The notes: a model not told the origin generated them from the sequence alone. A stretch of 47,083 nucleotides of DNA from Betaproteobacteria bacterium RIFCSPLOWO2_12_FULL_64_23 (GCA_001770575.1 MERK01000166.1:1-47083), one strand, 5' to 3'; numbered from the stretch's first letter, positions 1-9,351 are shown. Numbers and translations: made by a program.

Positions 1-52
1 GTTAAAAGAAATTCCAGAAAACCAAAACATACAAGGGGACTTCCTTCGGGGC

Positions 53-69
53 GCAAGCTCGCTCCTACG
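53..69. repeat. Partial REP-like arm (GCAAGCTCGCTCCTACG), an extra copy of the right arm of the 6222-6388 element
   Basis: 17/17 nt identical to 6327-6343. It lies just downstream of the srkA stop, and no matching left arm is visible inside the window. Confidence 0.45.
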
Positions 70-81
70 GAAATCATACAT

Positions 82-1116
82 TCAAGCCGCCCACAGCGGC
101 GGTTCGTCCATTAACGCAATCTGCTCTCGCAATTCCAGAATCCGGTCCTGCCAGTAACGCTGCGTGTTGAACCAGGGAAAGGCGGCGGGGAAGGCGGGGT
201 CGTCCCAGCGGCGGGCGATCCAGGCCGAGTAATGGATGAGGCGCAGCGTGCGCAAGGCCTCCACCAGATGCAGTTCGCGCGCATCGAATTCGTGGAAATC
301 CTCGTAGCCGGCGAGCAGGTCGGCAAGCTGGCGCACCATGGTGGCGCGCTCGCCCGAGAGCAGCATCCACAGGTCCTGCACCGCCGGCCCCATGCGCGCG
401 TCGTCAAAATCGACGAAATGCGGGCCGTGCGCCTCCGCGCTGTCGGTCCAGAGCACGTTGCCGGCGTGGCAGTCGCCGTGCAGTCTGAGGTTTTGCACCG
501 CGCCTGCGCGCCGGTAACAGCGGCTCACGCCTTCGAGCGCCTGCGCCGTCACGCTCTCCCAGGCCGCAGCCAGATCGGCTGGAATGAAGCCGTGGGCGAG
601 GAGATAGTCGCGCGGCTCCGTGCCGAAGCTCGCGAGGTCCAGCGCGGGCCGGGCGCCGAACGGCGCGAGCGCGCCGACCGCGTGGATGCGGCCGATGAAG
701 CGGCCCATCCATTCCAGGGTTTCGCGATCCTCGAGTTCGGGCGCGCGGCCGCCGTGCTTGGGATACACGGCGAAGCGATAGCCGCCGAATTGGTGCAGGG
801 TCTTTGCGCCGTGCGCGAGCGGGGCGACGACCGGAAGCTCGCGATCGGCGAGTTCGCGCACGAATGCGTGCTCTTCGGCGATCTGGGCATCGGTCCAGCG
901 CCCGGGGCGGTAGAACTTGGCCACCACCACCGGGGATGCCGCGCCCGGACCGACGGTCAAACCCGGCCCTTCCTCCAGCCAGATCTGATAGACGCGGTTC
1001 TCGTAGCTGTTCAGGCCGAGCAATCGCCCGTCGCCGCGCAGCCCTATGCTGTCCAGCGCATCGAGCACGCAATCGGGCGTGAGCCCGGCGTAGGGCGCGG
1101 GCTTGTTGGTATCCAT
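82..1116 (-). CDS. srkA: Stress response serine/threonine kinase SrkA (YihE family)
   Basis: 344 aa from the ATG at 1116 (cat at 1114-1116). LNSYENRVYQ, KFYRPGRWT, LHGDCHAGNVLW and FVDFDDARMGPAVQDLWMLL match E. coli SrkA along the whole length. The longer ORF to 1260 only adds a non-homologous N-terminus. Confidence 0.9.
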   Translation of the reverse strand: MDTNKPAPYAGLTPDCVLDALDSIGLRGDGRLLGLNSYENRVYQIWLEEGPGLTVGPGAASPVVVAKFYRPGRWTDAQIAEEHAFVRELADRELPVVAPLAHGAKTLHQFGGYRFAVYPKHGGRAPELEDRETLEWMGRFIGRIHAVGALAPFGARPALDLASFGTEPRDYLLAHGFIPADLAAAWESVTAQALEGVSRCYRRAGAVQNLRLHGDCHAGNVLWTDSAEAHGPHFVDFDDARMGPAVQDLWMLLSGERATMVRQLADLLAGYEDFHEFDARELHLVEALRTLRLIHYSAWIARRWDDPAFPAAFPWFNTQRYWQDRILELREQIALMDEPPLWAA

Positions 1117-1225
1117 GCGCGCATTGTACGGGACGCCGTAAGGTCGGCCGTAACGTGCATCCTGTCTCTTCCTCGCTGTAAGCCGTGTAAAATCGCGGAA
1201 AACCTTGCGCCCGGGCCCCCATTTG

Positions 1226-2032
1226 ATGAACTCTCCCACCGATAACTTAGTCGAGATCACCGAGGTCAGGTTCAGTTATGGCAAGCGCGAAATCCTCAAG
1301 GGCCTTAACCTCAAGATTCCGCGCGGCAAGGTGGTCGCCATCCTCGGCGCCAGCGGCTGCGGCAAATCCACCCTGCTGCGCTTGATCGGCGGGCAGGAGA
1401 AGCCGGCGCAGGGCTCGGTCAGTGTCGACGGCCAGGTGGTGCACGAGCTCGACACCGACGGCCTGTACGAACTGCGGCGAAAAATGGGCATGATGTTCCA
1501 GGCGGGCGGGCTGTTCACTGACCTGTCGGTATACGAGAACATCGCATTTCCGCTGCGCGAGAACTCCGACCTGCCGGAGGAGCTCATCCGCTCGCTGATA
1601 CTGATGAAGCTGCACGTGGTCGGGCTGCGCGGCGCGAGGACGCTCATGCCGAGCGAACTCTCCGGCGGCATGGCGCGCCGCGTCGCGCTCGCCCGCGCCA
1701 TTGTGCACGACCCCATGCTGGCGATGTACGACGAGCCGTTCGCCGGCCTGGACCCGATTTCGCTCAACGTCATCGCCGACCTGATCCGCCGCCTGAACGA
1801 TGCACTCGGCACCACTTCGATCATCGTTACCTATGACGTGAGCGAGTCGCTCAAGCTGGTTGACTACCTGTACGTCATTGCCAACGGTGTGGTCATCGGC
1901 GAAGGCACGCCGGACGAGATGCTCGCCTCGGATAATCCGGTGGTGCGCCAGTTCATTCACGCCGAGCCGGATGGGCCGATCGCGTTCCATTACCCCGCCC
2001 AGCCGATCGGGGTACAGCTCGGACTGAAATAG
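1226..2032 (+). CDS. mlaF: MlaF-type ABC transporter ATP-binding protein (phospholipid retrograde transport ATPase family)
   Basis: Walker A GASGCGKSTLLRLIGG, signature LSGGMARRVALARA and Walker B MYDEPFAGLDP are present. The C-terminal tail VRQFIHAEPDGPIAFHYP is typical of MlaF. The ATG at 1226 is preferred over the TTG at 1205. Confidence 0.85.
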   Translation: MNSPTDNLVEITEVRFSYGKREILKGLNLKIPRGKVVAILGASGCGKSTLLRLIGGQEKPAQGSVSVDGQVVHELDTDGLYELRRKMGMMFQAGGLFTDLSVYENIAFPLRENSDLPEELIRSLILMKLHVVGLRGARTLMPSELSGGMARRVALARAIVHDPMLAMYDEPFAGLDPISLNVIADLIRRLNDALGTTSIIVTYDVSESLKLVDYLYVIANGVVIGEGTPDEMLASDNPVVRQFIHAEPDGPIAFHYPAQPIGVQLGLK

Positions 2033-2171
2033 CGCAATCGCGCCGACAAGTTCGGCGACCTAAGCCGGTCGCAAGAGGGCGTGCACCGCGCATGAGCGCT
2101 ACTTCTCCGATGCTGGCAGGCATCTGCGGCATGGTCTAAACTGTAGTCCGTTCTTTGTGGAGGAGAACATC

Positions 2172-2606
2172 ATGCAACTCCGGGAAATACTCAGAATAAA
2201 AGGCGACCGGCTGATCACCATCGCCCCGGAGGACATGGTCAGCGATGGCGTCAGCGTCATGTCCCAGAAAGATATCGGTTCGCTGGTGGTGATAAGCCAG
2301 GGCAAGCTGGCGGGCATGCTGACGTTCCGCGAAGTCCTGCAGGCGCTGCACGAAAACAAGGGCTCGATCCAGGGCGTGCGCGTGGACGCCATCATGGTGA
2401 AAAATCCGCGGACTATCGCCCCGAGCGTCGAAGTGGACGAACTGCGCAGCGTGATGCTGGAGCACCACATCCGCTACATGCCGGTGATGGAAGGCGATAA
2501 GCTGATCGGCGTGGCCTCGTTTCACGACGTGGCCCGGGCGGTGCTGGAGGAACAGGCGTTCGAGAACCGCATGCTCAAAGGCTATATCAAGGACTCGCCA
2601 GCCTGA
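2172..2606 (+). CDS. CBS domain-pair protein
   Basis: This roughly 144-aa stand-alone protein has two CBS-like repeats (ITIAPEDMVSDGVSVMSQKDIGSLVVI and PRTIAPSVEVDELRSVMLEHHIRYMPVM). A GGAGGAG Shine-Dalgarno sits 6-7 nt before the ATG at 2172. Confidence 0.8.
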   Translation: MQLREILRIKGDRLITIAPEDMVSDGVSVMSQKDIGSLVVISQGKLAGMLTFREVLQALHENKGSIQGVRVDAIMVKNPRTIAPSVEVDELRSVMLEHHIRYMPVMEGDKLIGVASFHDVARAVLEEQAFENRMLKGYIKDSPA

Positions 2607-2766
2607 TCGCGCCGTTCTGAGCATTTCCCGCAGACGATTTCTTGCAGCCGGTGCCGGCCTTTGCCTCGGCGCGGGCGGGCTCGCCGCCTGGCGCTACTGG
2701 CCGGAGCAGGGTTTCATCAATCCCTGCCGCGGCGCCCTGCCGGAAGCGCTCGCCCGGCACGAGCTG

Positions 2767-3900
2767 GTGCGCGCTGCCTGGGATGGCATAGACCCGCGCA
2801 AGATGTGGGACAGCCACTGCCACTTGGCGGGCAGCGGCGACTCGGATAGCGGCATCTATCTCAACCCGGACATGCAGAGCGTGCGCGGCCCGCTGCAGTA
2901 CGCGCAGCGCCTCGTTTTCATGAACGCCAGTTGCGTGCGCGATGCGCCGGGGCAGGTGGACCGCAGCTATGTCGAGCGCATGCGCAATCTGCTCGACGAC
3001 CTGCGCCCCGGGGTGAAGCTGCTGCTCCTCGCTTTGGACGCGAGCGTTACCGAGGCGGGCGAGGTGTCCTGGGAACAGACCAGTCTTTATGTCCCCAACC
3101 GCTACGCCGCACAAGTGGCGCAGCGCCATGCGCAATACTTCGAATGGGCCGCCTCGGTGCATCCGTATCGCCGCGACTGCGTCGAGCGGCTGGAGGCGGC
3201 GGTAGGGCAGGGTGCGCGCGCGCTGAAGTGGCTGCCGGCGGCAATGGGCATAGACCCGGCATCCAGACTGTGCGATCCGTTCTATGCGGCGCTGGCGCGG
3301 CTCGACCTGCCGCTGATCACGCATGCCGGCCTGGAACGCGCACTGCGGGGGACGGACGCGCAGGAACTGGGCAATCCGCTGCGCCTGCGGCGCGCGCTCG
3401 ATCACGGCGTGCGCGTGGTGGTGGCGCATTGCGCTTCCATGGGCCAGGACCGCGACACCGACCGCGGCGCGAACGGCGCCGCCAGCGACAGCTTCGAGCT
3501 GTTCGCGCGGCTGATGGACGAGCCGCGTTACGTGGGCAGGCTCTACGGCGACATCTCCGCCATGACGCAGACAGCGCGCGCCGGGCCGGCCCTTGCCCAT
3601 GTGATCCAGCGCGAGGACTGGCATGCGCGCCTGCTCAACGGCTCGGACTATCCGCTGCCGGGCGTGTTCCCGATCTACTCGGTGGATTACCTGGTGGAAC
3701 TGGGCTACCTCGAAAAAAGCGCGGCGCCGCTGTGCAAGAGCTTGCGCGAGCACAACCCGCTGTTGTTCGACTTGGTGCTCAAGCGCAGCCTGCGCGCGGG
3801 GGGCAAGCGGCTGGCGGCGGGGGTGTTCGAAACACGAACTTTCTTCGACAGGCCTGCTGGTCGCGGCGCGGGCGTCGCGCCAACAGCGGCGAAGTCCTGA
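2767..3900 (+). CDS. Amidohydrolase-family (metal-dependent TIM-barrel hydrolase) protein, probably Tat-exported. The true start is likely upstream, near 2617.
   Basis: An N-terminal HxH metal motif (WDSHCHLAG) is followed by ITHAG and VVVAHCAS motifs. The first canonical start is the GTG at 2767. The same frame is open from 2506 and encodes SISRRRFLAAGAGLCLGAGGLAAW upstream of that GTG. Confidence 0.75.
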   Translation: MRAAWDGIDPRKMWDSHCHLAGSGDSDSGIYLNPDMQSVRGPLQYAQRLVFMNASCVRDAPGQVDRSYVERMRNLLDDLRPGVKLLLLALDASVTEAGEVSWEQTSLYVPNRYAAQVAQRHAQYFEWAASVHPYRRDCVERLEAAVGQGARALKWLPAAMGIDPASRLCDPFYAALARLDLPLITHAGLERALRGTDAQELGNPLRLRRALDHGVRVVVAHCASMGQDRDTDRGANGAASDSFELFARLMDEPRYVGRLYGDISAMTQTARAGPALAHVIQREDWHARLLNGSDYPLPGVFPIYSVDYLVELGYLEKSAAPLCKSLREHNPLLFDLVLKRSLRAGGKRLAAGVFETRTFFDRPAGRGAGVAPTAAKS

Positions 3901-3908
3901 CGATCGGC

Positions 3909-4184
3909 CTAGGGCCTGTTGACATTCATCGCATGAGACGCGTTGCCTCCAAATGCGGATGACTGCAAGGCGCGCGACGAAGCCAAGGGTGGTTCCCTTG
4001 GCGAGGAGCGCAACGCCGCAGACGCCGCATTTAGAGGCAACCCGAAGGGACGGGGGATAATTTGGGACGCCGCGCGGAGTTGCTCGTCGCTTGTTTGGAA
4101 TGACCAAACGGCACTCCTCGCGCCTTGCGCTGCATCCCAAATTACCCCCGTCGCGCTCATGTGCTGAATGTCAACAGGCCCTAG
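3909..4184. mobile_element. MITE-like nested palindromic element (268-bp core flanked by CTAG on both sides)
   Basis: There is a perfect 16-bp terminal inverted repeat, GGCCTGTTGACATTCA (3913-3928) against TGAATGTCAACAGGCC (4165-4180). Counting CCTAG it extends to 21 bp. The interior holds two long imperfect sub-hairpins, TTGCCTCCAAATGCGG/CCGCATTTAGAGGCAA and GGGGGATAATTTGGGACGC/GCATCCCAAATTACCCCC. It has no coding capacity. Confidence 0.6.
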
Positions 4185-4984
4185 GTGTTGCGCGACGGAT
4201 AGCTCGCGCCCATGCCGGCGCGCACGTCAACCTGGATGCCGTATTGCGGGATCGGGTATCTGAGGCCGTTCGCCGACAGGGCGTGCATGCCCGCGATCGC
4301 CTTTGGCAGGAAATGGGGCGGCAGGGCGATCAGCATTTCGTCGTCGAGCACGCCGCCGTAACGCCGCTCCGCGTAGCAGGGAATGGACAGGCTGGGCTCA
4401 CCGGTGGCGAGCGCGCGGCCCCAGGAATCGGCGCAGGCCGATTCGCCTACCACGCTCCAGTCGAACTTCCTGTAGCCCGACCATTGCAGGCCGTTGATGA
4501 GGATGATCATCTGCCCCGGTGTGGCGTAGACGAGGCAGATGTCGGGCGGATCGAGCCGGCCGCTGGCGAGCGGCGACACCGCCATCGCCTGGTATGTTCC
4601 ATGCGGCACCACGTCCATCGCGTGCTGGTGCGCGGCGGCATCGGCCACGGTGGCGAACCACACGCCGGCCAGGTGCTTGCCCGAGCGCCATTCCTCGTCC
4701 TGCGGCGCGAGGCCGATGACCGCGCCGCACTGCGCGCCGGCCAGGTCTGCGCGCGTGATACCGATGGTGAAGCCGAGCCGTGCCGCCTGCGCCACGATCT
4801 GGTCGGTGGTGTGGATGGCGCTGGGGCGGCGCAGCTTCGGGATCGCCTGCATGTCCTCGACGCGCTCGAACAGCTTCATGCCGATCGGCGTGGTCTTCAG
4901 GCGCAGCAGCCGGTTCAGTTCATCGACGAGAGCGGGCCAGTCGTAGCGCTCGCCCGCAGCGGCAGGTGTTGGTGCATTCGACAC
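4181..4984 (-). CDS. DUF169 domain-containing protein
   Basis: This 267-aa ORF has a GTG start at 4984 preceded by AAGGAGA. The sequence pattern ([37 protein letters not shown]) is recognisable as the DUF169/COG2043 family. Its stop TAG lies inside the CTAG flank of the 3909-4184 element. Confidence 0.8.
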   Translation of the reverse strand: MSNAPTPAAAGERYDWPALVDELNRLLRLKTTPIGMKLFERVEDMQAIPKLRRPSAIHTTDQIVAQAARLGFTIGITRADLAGAQCGAVIGLAPQDEEWRSGKHLAGVWFATVADAAAHQHAMDVVPHGTYQAMAVSPLASGRLDPPDICLVYATPGQMIILINGLQWSGYRKFDWSVVGESACADSWGRALATGEPSLSIPCYAERRYGGVLDDEMLIALPPHFLPKAIAGMHALSANGLRYPIPQYGIQVDVRAGMGASYPSRNT

Positions 4985-5061
4985 GATGGTTTCTCCTTCG
5001 CGGGCAGGGCCCGAATGACCGATATGTTAAACTCGACACGGCAAATCCGCGAGCGAAAACG

Positions 5062-6225
5062 ATGTCCGGCAACACTCTGGGAAAGCTGTTCTGCGTCACG
5101 TCGTTTGGCGAGTCGCACGGCCCTGCCTACGGCGGCGTGGTGGACGGCTGCCCGCCCGGACTGGAACTCTCCGAAGCCGACATCCAGCAGGAGCTCGATC
5201 GCAGGAAGCCGGGCACTTCGCGCCATGTGACGCAGCGGCGCGAGGCGGACCGTGTGGAAATCCTATCCGGCGTGTTCGAAGGCAGGACCACCGGCACCGC
5301 CATCGGTTTTCTGGTGCGCAACGAAGACCAGAAGAGCAAGGATTACGGCAACATCGCCGAGACCTTCCGCCCGGGGCATGCCGACTACACCTATTGGCAG
5401 AAATACGGCATACGCGACTATCGCGGCGGCGGAAGAGCCTCGGCGCGCGAGACGCTGGTGCGGGTGGCCGCGGGCGCGATCGCGAAGAAATGGCTCAGGG
5501 AAAAGTACGGCGTCACGGTCCGCGGTTATTTGTCGCAGCTCGGGCCGAACAAAGTCGCGCTCCAGGACTGGAGCGCGGTCGATAGGAATCCGTTCTTCGC
5601 GCCGGACATGGTCGCCGTGCCGGCGCTGGAAGCCTACATGGACGCGCTGCGCAAATCGGGCGATTCCTGCGGCGCGAAAATCACCGTCATCGCCGAAGGC
5701 GTGCCGGTGGGCTGGGGCGAGCCGGTGTACGACCGGCTCGACGCCGACATCGCCTACGCCATGATGGGCATCAACGCGGTGAAGGGCGTGGAAATCGGCG
5801 CGGGCTTCGCCTCGATCGGACAAAAAGGCAGCGAGCATTCGGACGAACTCACGCCCGACGGGTTTCTGTCCAACAACGCCGGCGGCGTTCTCGGCGGCAT
5901 ATCCACCGGGCAGGACCTGCTGGTGAACCTGGCGATTAAACCGACATCCAGCATTCGCCTGGCGCGCCGTTCGATCAACAAAAAGGGGGAGGCGGTGACG
6001 CTGCAGACCCACGGCCGTCACGATCCCTGCGTCGGCATCCGCGCCACGCCCATTGCGGAAGCGATGCTGGCGCTGGTGCTTGCCGACCACGCGCTCAGGC
6101 AGCGCGCGCAGAACGCCGATGCAAGCACGTCGACGCCGAAAATCGCGGCGCGCGTATCGGATTCCGGGATCGCGGCAAAGCACGCGGCGAAGCCTGTAGA
6201 CGATCCAGACGCCGAAGAGGCCTAG
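5062..6225 (+). CDS. aroC: Chorismate synthase
   Basis: [36 protein letters not shown] and [23 protein letters not shown] are classic AroC motifs. The start is the ATG at 5062. The ORF-track N-terminal extension from 4780 is non-homologous. Confidence 0.95.
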   Translation: MSGNTLGKLFCVTSFGESHGPAYGGVVDGCPPGLELSEADIQQELDRRKPGTSRHVTQRREADRVEILSGVFEGRTTGTAIGFLVRNEDQKSKDYGNIAETFRPGHADYTYWQKYGIRDYRGGGRASARETLVRVAAGAIAKKWLREKYGVTVRGYLSQLGPNKVALQDWSAVDRNPFFAPDMVAVPALEAYMDALRKSGDSCGAKITVIAEGVPVGWGEPVYDRLDADIAYAMMGINAVKGVEIGAGFASIGQKGSEHSDELTPDGFLSNNAGGVLGGISTGQDLLVNLAIKPTSSIRLARRSINKKGEAVTLQTHGRHDPCVGIRATPIAEAMLALVLADHALRQRAQNADASTSTPKIAARVSDSGIAAKHAAKPVDDPDAEEA

Positions 6226-6388
6226 TACGATGACACCTTAGTTGCGAAACAATGTGGCGAGTAACCGACACCTCCGGCGCGCCGCTATGTGGGAGCGAGC
6301 TTGCTCGCGAATCATCGAATTCGCGAGCAAGCTCGCTCCTACGACTACAAGGCAGGCATGCTTCGAAACTAATGTGGCATCGTACTAG
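6222..6388. mobile_element. REP/MITE-like palindromic element (159-bp core flanked by CTAG)
   Basis: The imperfect terminal inverted repeats match at 25/29 positions: CTAGTACGATGACACCTTAGTTGCGAAAC (6222-6250) against the reverse complement of 6360-6388. The central hairpin has a perfect 21-bp stem, GGAGCGAGCTTGCTCGCGAAT (6292-6312) pairing with 6319-6339. Confidence 0.6.
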
Positions 6389-6544
6389 TCCGTTTGGATG
6401 AGGCGCAGGGATTCGGGCAGATCGATTGGCCTGGACCGAACGGTCTGGTTCTGACGCGCCGCCGGCAAAGGTGGCGGCAGGGAAGCACCATATCCTGCGA
6501 CTGCGCGCCATCACGCGGTTCCAATAATTAATAAGTCGTCGCCG

Positions 6545-7687
6545 ATGCCCGTTCCGTACTGGCGCCTTTCCGCCTTCTATTTTGCCTACTTCGCCTACGT
6601 TGGCGCCGCCGCCCCGTATTTCAGCCTGTATCTGGCTTCGCTAGGGCTGGCCGGGGCGCAGATCGGCGTGCTGCTCTCACTCGGCTCCTTGATGCGGGTG
6701 ATCGGACCGAACTTTTGGGGCTGGGTCGCCGACCGCACGCAGCGGCGCGCGCGCATCATCGGCATCACGCTGGCGCTGGGGGGCGCCTGCTTCGCCGGGT
6801 TTTTCTTCGTCCGTTCGTTCTGGGGGCTGTTCGCGCTGCTGCTGGTCACCGGCTTTTTCACCAGCGCCTCCATGTCGCTCACCGAGTCGCTGACACTGTC
6901 GCATTTGCGCGGGGCGGTAAGCAGCTACGGATCGATTCGCTTGTGGGGCTCGGTGGGCTTTATCATCACCGTGACGCTGGTCGGTTATGCGCTCGATGCG
7001 TTGCCGGTGGCGAGCCTGTTGTGGATGGTGCTCGCGACCTATGGCCTGAGCTGGGCTTGCGCGCTCGCCGTGCCGGACGCGCCTCCCGGCAGCGCGCACG
7101 CAGAGCCCGAGCCGGTGTGGAACATCCTGCGGCGGCCCGAGGTCGCAGCGCTACTCGGTGCGTGTTTCTTGATGACCCTTGCGCACGGACCGCAGTATGC
7201 GTTTTTCTCGATCTACCTGGTGGACCACGGCTACAGCAAGGCGGCGGTAGGCTGGATGTGGAGCATAGGCGTGATCGCTGAAATCATCGTGTTCCTGCTG
7301 ATGCCGGCGCTGATGCGGCGCTATTCGCTCTCGGCCATCCTGCGCGTATGTTTCGCCGCCACGGTGGCGCGCTTCCTCATGATCGGCTGGGGCGTGGATT
7401 CCGCGCCGGTCCTGTTTGCGGCCCAGTTGTTGCACGGACTGAGCTTCGGCGCCTACCATGCCGCCGCCGTCACGGTGATACACCGCTGGTTTCAGGGCGC
7501 GCATCAAGTACGCGGTCAGGCGATCTATCTGTCGGTGTCTTTCGGCGCGGGCGGCGTGCTGGGCAGCGCACTCTCCGGCCTTGGTTGGGACAGCATCGGC
7601 CCGGCATGGACATTCAGCGCCGCCGCATTTGCCGCCCTGGCCGGCTACGCACTGCTGCGCTGGAAAGTGCGTGCCGCGCATATCTGA
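6545..7687 (+). CDS. MFS transporter, HcaT/phenylpropionate-permease-like (MFS_1_like)
   Basis: This 380-aa protein has about 12 hydrophobic segments. YGSIRLWGSVGF and WMWSIGVIAEIIVF resemble the E. coli HcaT motifs. Confidence 0.8.
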   Translation: MPVPYWRLSAFYFAYFAYVGAAAPYFSLYLASLGLAGAQIGVLLSLGSLMRVIGPNFWGWVADRTQRRARIIGITLALGGACFAGFFFVRSFWGLFALLLVTGFFTSASMSLTESLTLSHLRGAVSSYGSIRLWGSVGFIITVTLVGYALDALPVASLLWMVLATYGLSWACALAVPDAPPGSAHAEPEPVWNILRRPEVAALLGACFLMTLAHGPQYAFFSIYLVDHGYSKAAVGWMWSIGVIAEIIVFLLMPALMRRYSLSAILRVCFAATVARFLMIGWGVDSAPVLFAAQLLHGLSFGAYHAAAVTVIHRWFQGAHQVRGQAIYLSVSFGAGGVLGSALSGLGWDSIGPAWTFSAAAFAALAGYALLRWKVRAAHI

Positions 7688-7798
7688 AATTCGCACCTGC
7701 CGTCAGGCGCCGCTGCGCGCTGCGTTTAGGCTTAATTGTGCGCTCCAAACCCCTGTTTTTTGTGGCATAATTGATAATTGTTCAACACGATTCTGGCC

Positions 7799-9205
7799 AT
7801 GCCGCAGACCCTGTACGACAAGCTTTGGGCGAGCCACGTAGTACACGCCGAGGATGACGGCACGGCGCTGCTCTATATTGACCGTCATCTGGTGCACGAA
7901 GTCACCAGCCCGCAGGCATTCGAAGGCCTGCGGCTGGCAGGGCGCAAGCCCTGGCGCATCGATTCCATTGTGGCCACGGCCGATCACAACACGCCCACCA
8001 CCGACTGGAACGAAGGCATCAAGGACCCGATATCGCGGCTGCAGGTTGAAACCCTGGACGCGAATATCCGCGAATACGGCGCCAAGGCGTATTTCCCTTT
8101 TCTCGACCGGCGCCAGGGCATAGTGCACGTGATCGGTCCGGAGCAGGGCGCGACGCTGCCCGGCATGACCGTGGTGTGCGGCGATTCGCACACCAGCACT
8201 CACGGCGCGTTCGCCTGCCTTGCGCACGGTATCGGCACCTCGGAAGTCGAGCACGTGCTGGCGACCCAGTGCCTGGTGCAAAAGAAAATGCAGAACATGC
8301 TGGTCACGGTGGACGGGCGCCTCGCGCGCGGTGTCGGCGCCAAGGACATTGCGCTCGCCATCATCGGCAGAATCGGCACCGCCGGCGGAACGGGCTGCGC
8401 CGCCGAGTTTGCCGGCAGCAGCATTCGCGCCTTGAGCATGGAAGGGCGCATGACTCTGTGCAACATGGCGATAGAGGCGGGCGCCCGCGCCGGCATGGTG
8501 GCCGTGGACGATACCACCATCGCCTATCTCAAGGGGCGGCCGTTCGCCCCGGCCGGCGAGAACTGGAACCGCGCCGTGGCCTATTGGCGCACGCTTGCCT
8601 CCGACGAAGGGGCGCAGTTCGACCGCGTGGTGCGGCTGGACGCGCGCGACATCTCGCCGCAGGTCACCTGGGGCACGTCGCCGGAAATGGTGGTCGCGGT
8701 GGACGCTCGCGTACCCGACCCGGACAAGGAAAGGGACCCGGGCCGGCGCGAGGGCATGGAACGCGCGCTCGTCTACATGGGACTGAAACCGAACACGCGC
8801 ATCGAGGATATTCGCCTCGACAAAGTGTTCATCGGTTCCTGCACCAACTCGCGCATCGAGGATCTGCGCGCTGCGGCGGCGCTGGTGCGCGGCAAACGCG
8901 TCGCCTCCAACATCCGCCTTGCCATGGTGGTGCCGGGTTCGGGGCTGGTGAAGGCTCAGGCCGAGCAGGAGGGACTGGACCGCGTGTTCAGGGAGTCGGG
9001 CTTTCAGTGGCGCGAGCCGGGTTGTTCCATGTGCCTTGCGATGAACGACGACCGGCTCGAGCCGGGCGAGCGTTGCGCCTCGACCTCCAACCGCAATTTC
9101 GAGGGCCGCCAGGGTGCCGGCGGCCGCACCCATCTGGTCAGTCCGGAAATGGCGGCGGCGGCCGCCATCGCCGGGCATTTTGTCGATGTACGCAACTGGA
9201 AATGA
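7799..9205 (+). CDS. leuC: 3-isopropylmalate dehydratase large subunit
   Basis: [15 protein letters not shown]...[22 protein letters not shown] is near-identical in pattern to E. coli LeuC. The Fe-S cysteines [11 protein letters not shown] and [10 protein letters not shown] are present. Confidence 0.95.
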   Translation: MPQTLYDKLWASHVVHAEDDGTALLYIDRHLVHEVTSPQAFEGLRLAGRKPWRIDSIVATADHNTPTTDWNEGIKDPISRLQVETLDANIREYGAKAYFPFLDRRQGIVHVIGPEQGATLPGMTVVCGDSHTSTHGAFACLAHGIGTSEVEHVLATQCLVQKKMQNMLVTVDGRLARGVGAKDIALAIIGRIGTAGGTGCAAEFAGSSIRALSMEGRMTLCNMAIEAGARAGMVAVDDTTIAYLKGRPFAPAGENWNRAVAYWRTLASDEGAQFDRVVRLDARDISPQVTWGTSPEMVVAVDARVPDPDKERDPGRREGMERALVYMGLKPNTRIEDIRLDKVFIGSCTNSRIEDLRAAAALVRGKRVASNIRLAMVVPGSGLVKAQAEQEGLDRVFRESGFQWREPGCSMCLAMNDDRLEPGERCASTSNRNFEGRQGAGGRTHLVSPEMAAAAAIAGHFVDVRNWK

Positions 9206-9216
9206 CGGAGGCAACT

Positions 9217-9348
9217 GTGCGTAAAGCAGACATGATTCTTCTAGCCCTGGTCGCCGTGTTTTTGTTGAGCGGCTGCAACACCGTAGAGGGCGTGGGCAAG
9301 GACCTCAAGAAGGGCGGCGAAGCGATAGAGCGCGCCGGGAAGAAATGA
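9217..9348 (+). CDS. ecn: Entericidin A/B family small lipoprotein
   Basis: This 43-aa product has the lipobox LLSGC followed by NTVEGVGKDLKKGGEAIERAG, like EcnA/EcnB. GGAGG lies 5 nt before the GTG at 9217. Alternative starts are the ATG at 9202 (ATGA overlap with the leuC stop) and the ATG at 9232. Confidence 0.7.
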   Translation: MRKADMILLALVAVFLLSGCNTVEGVGKDLKKGGEAIERAGKK

Positions 9349-9351
9349 CGT

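Noticed and set aside
2587-4140. 517-aa ORF on the minus strand
   Set aside because: It lies antisense to the amidohydrolase gene and runs through the palindromic element. The Arg/Ala/Gly-rich composition is typical of shadow ORFs in GC-rich DNA, and I recognise no motif.
4091-5230. 379-aa plus-strand ORF and the N-terminal 94 codons of ORF 4780-6225
   Set aside because: Both are antisense to the DUF169 gene. AroC homology begins only at the ATG at 5062.
7703-9214. 503-aa minus-strand ORF and 390-aa plus-strand ORF (8176-9348) overlapping leuC
   Set aside because: Both are out-of-frame or antisense shadows of leuC. Only the last 43 codons of the 8176-9348 frame (the entericidin lipoprotein) look real.
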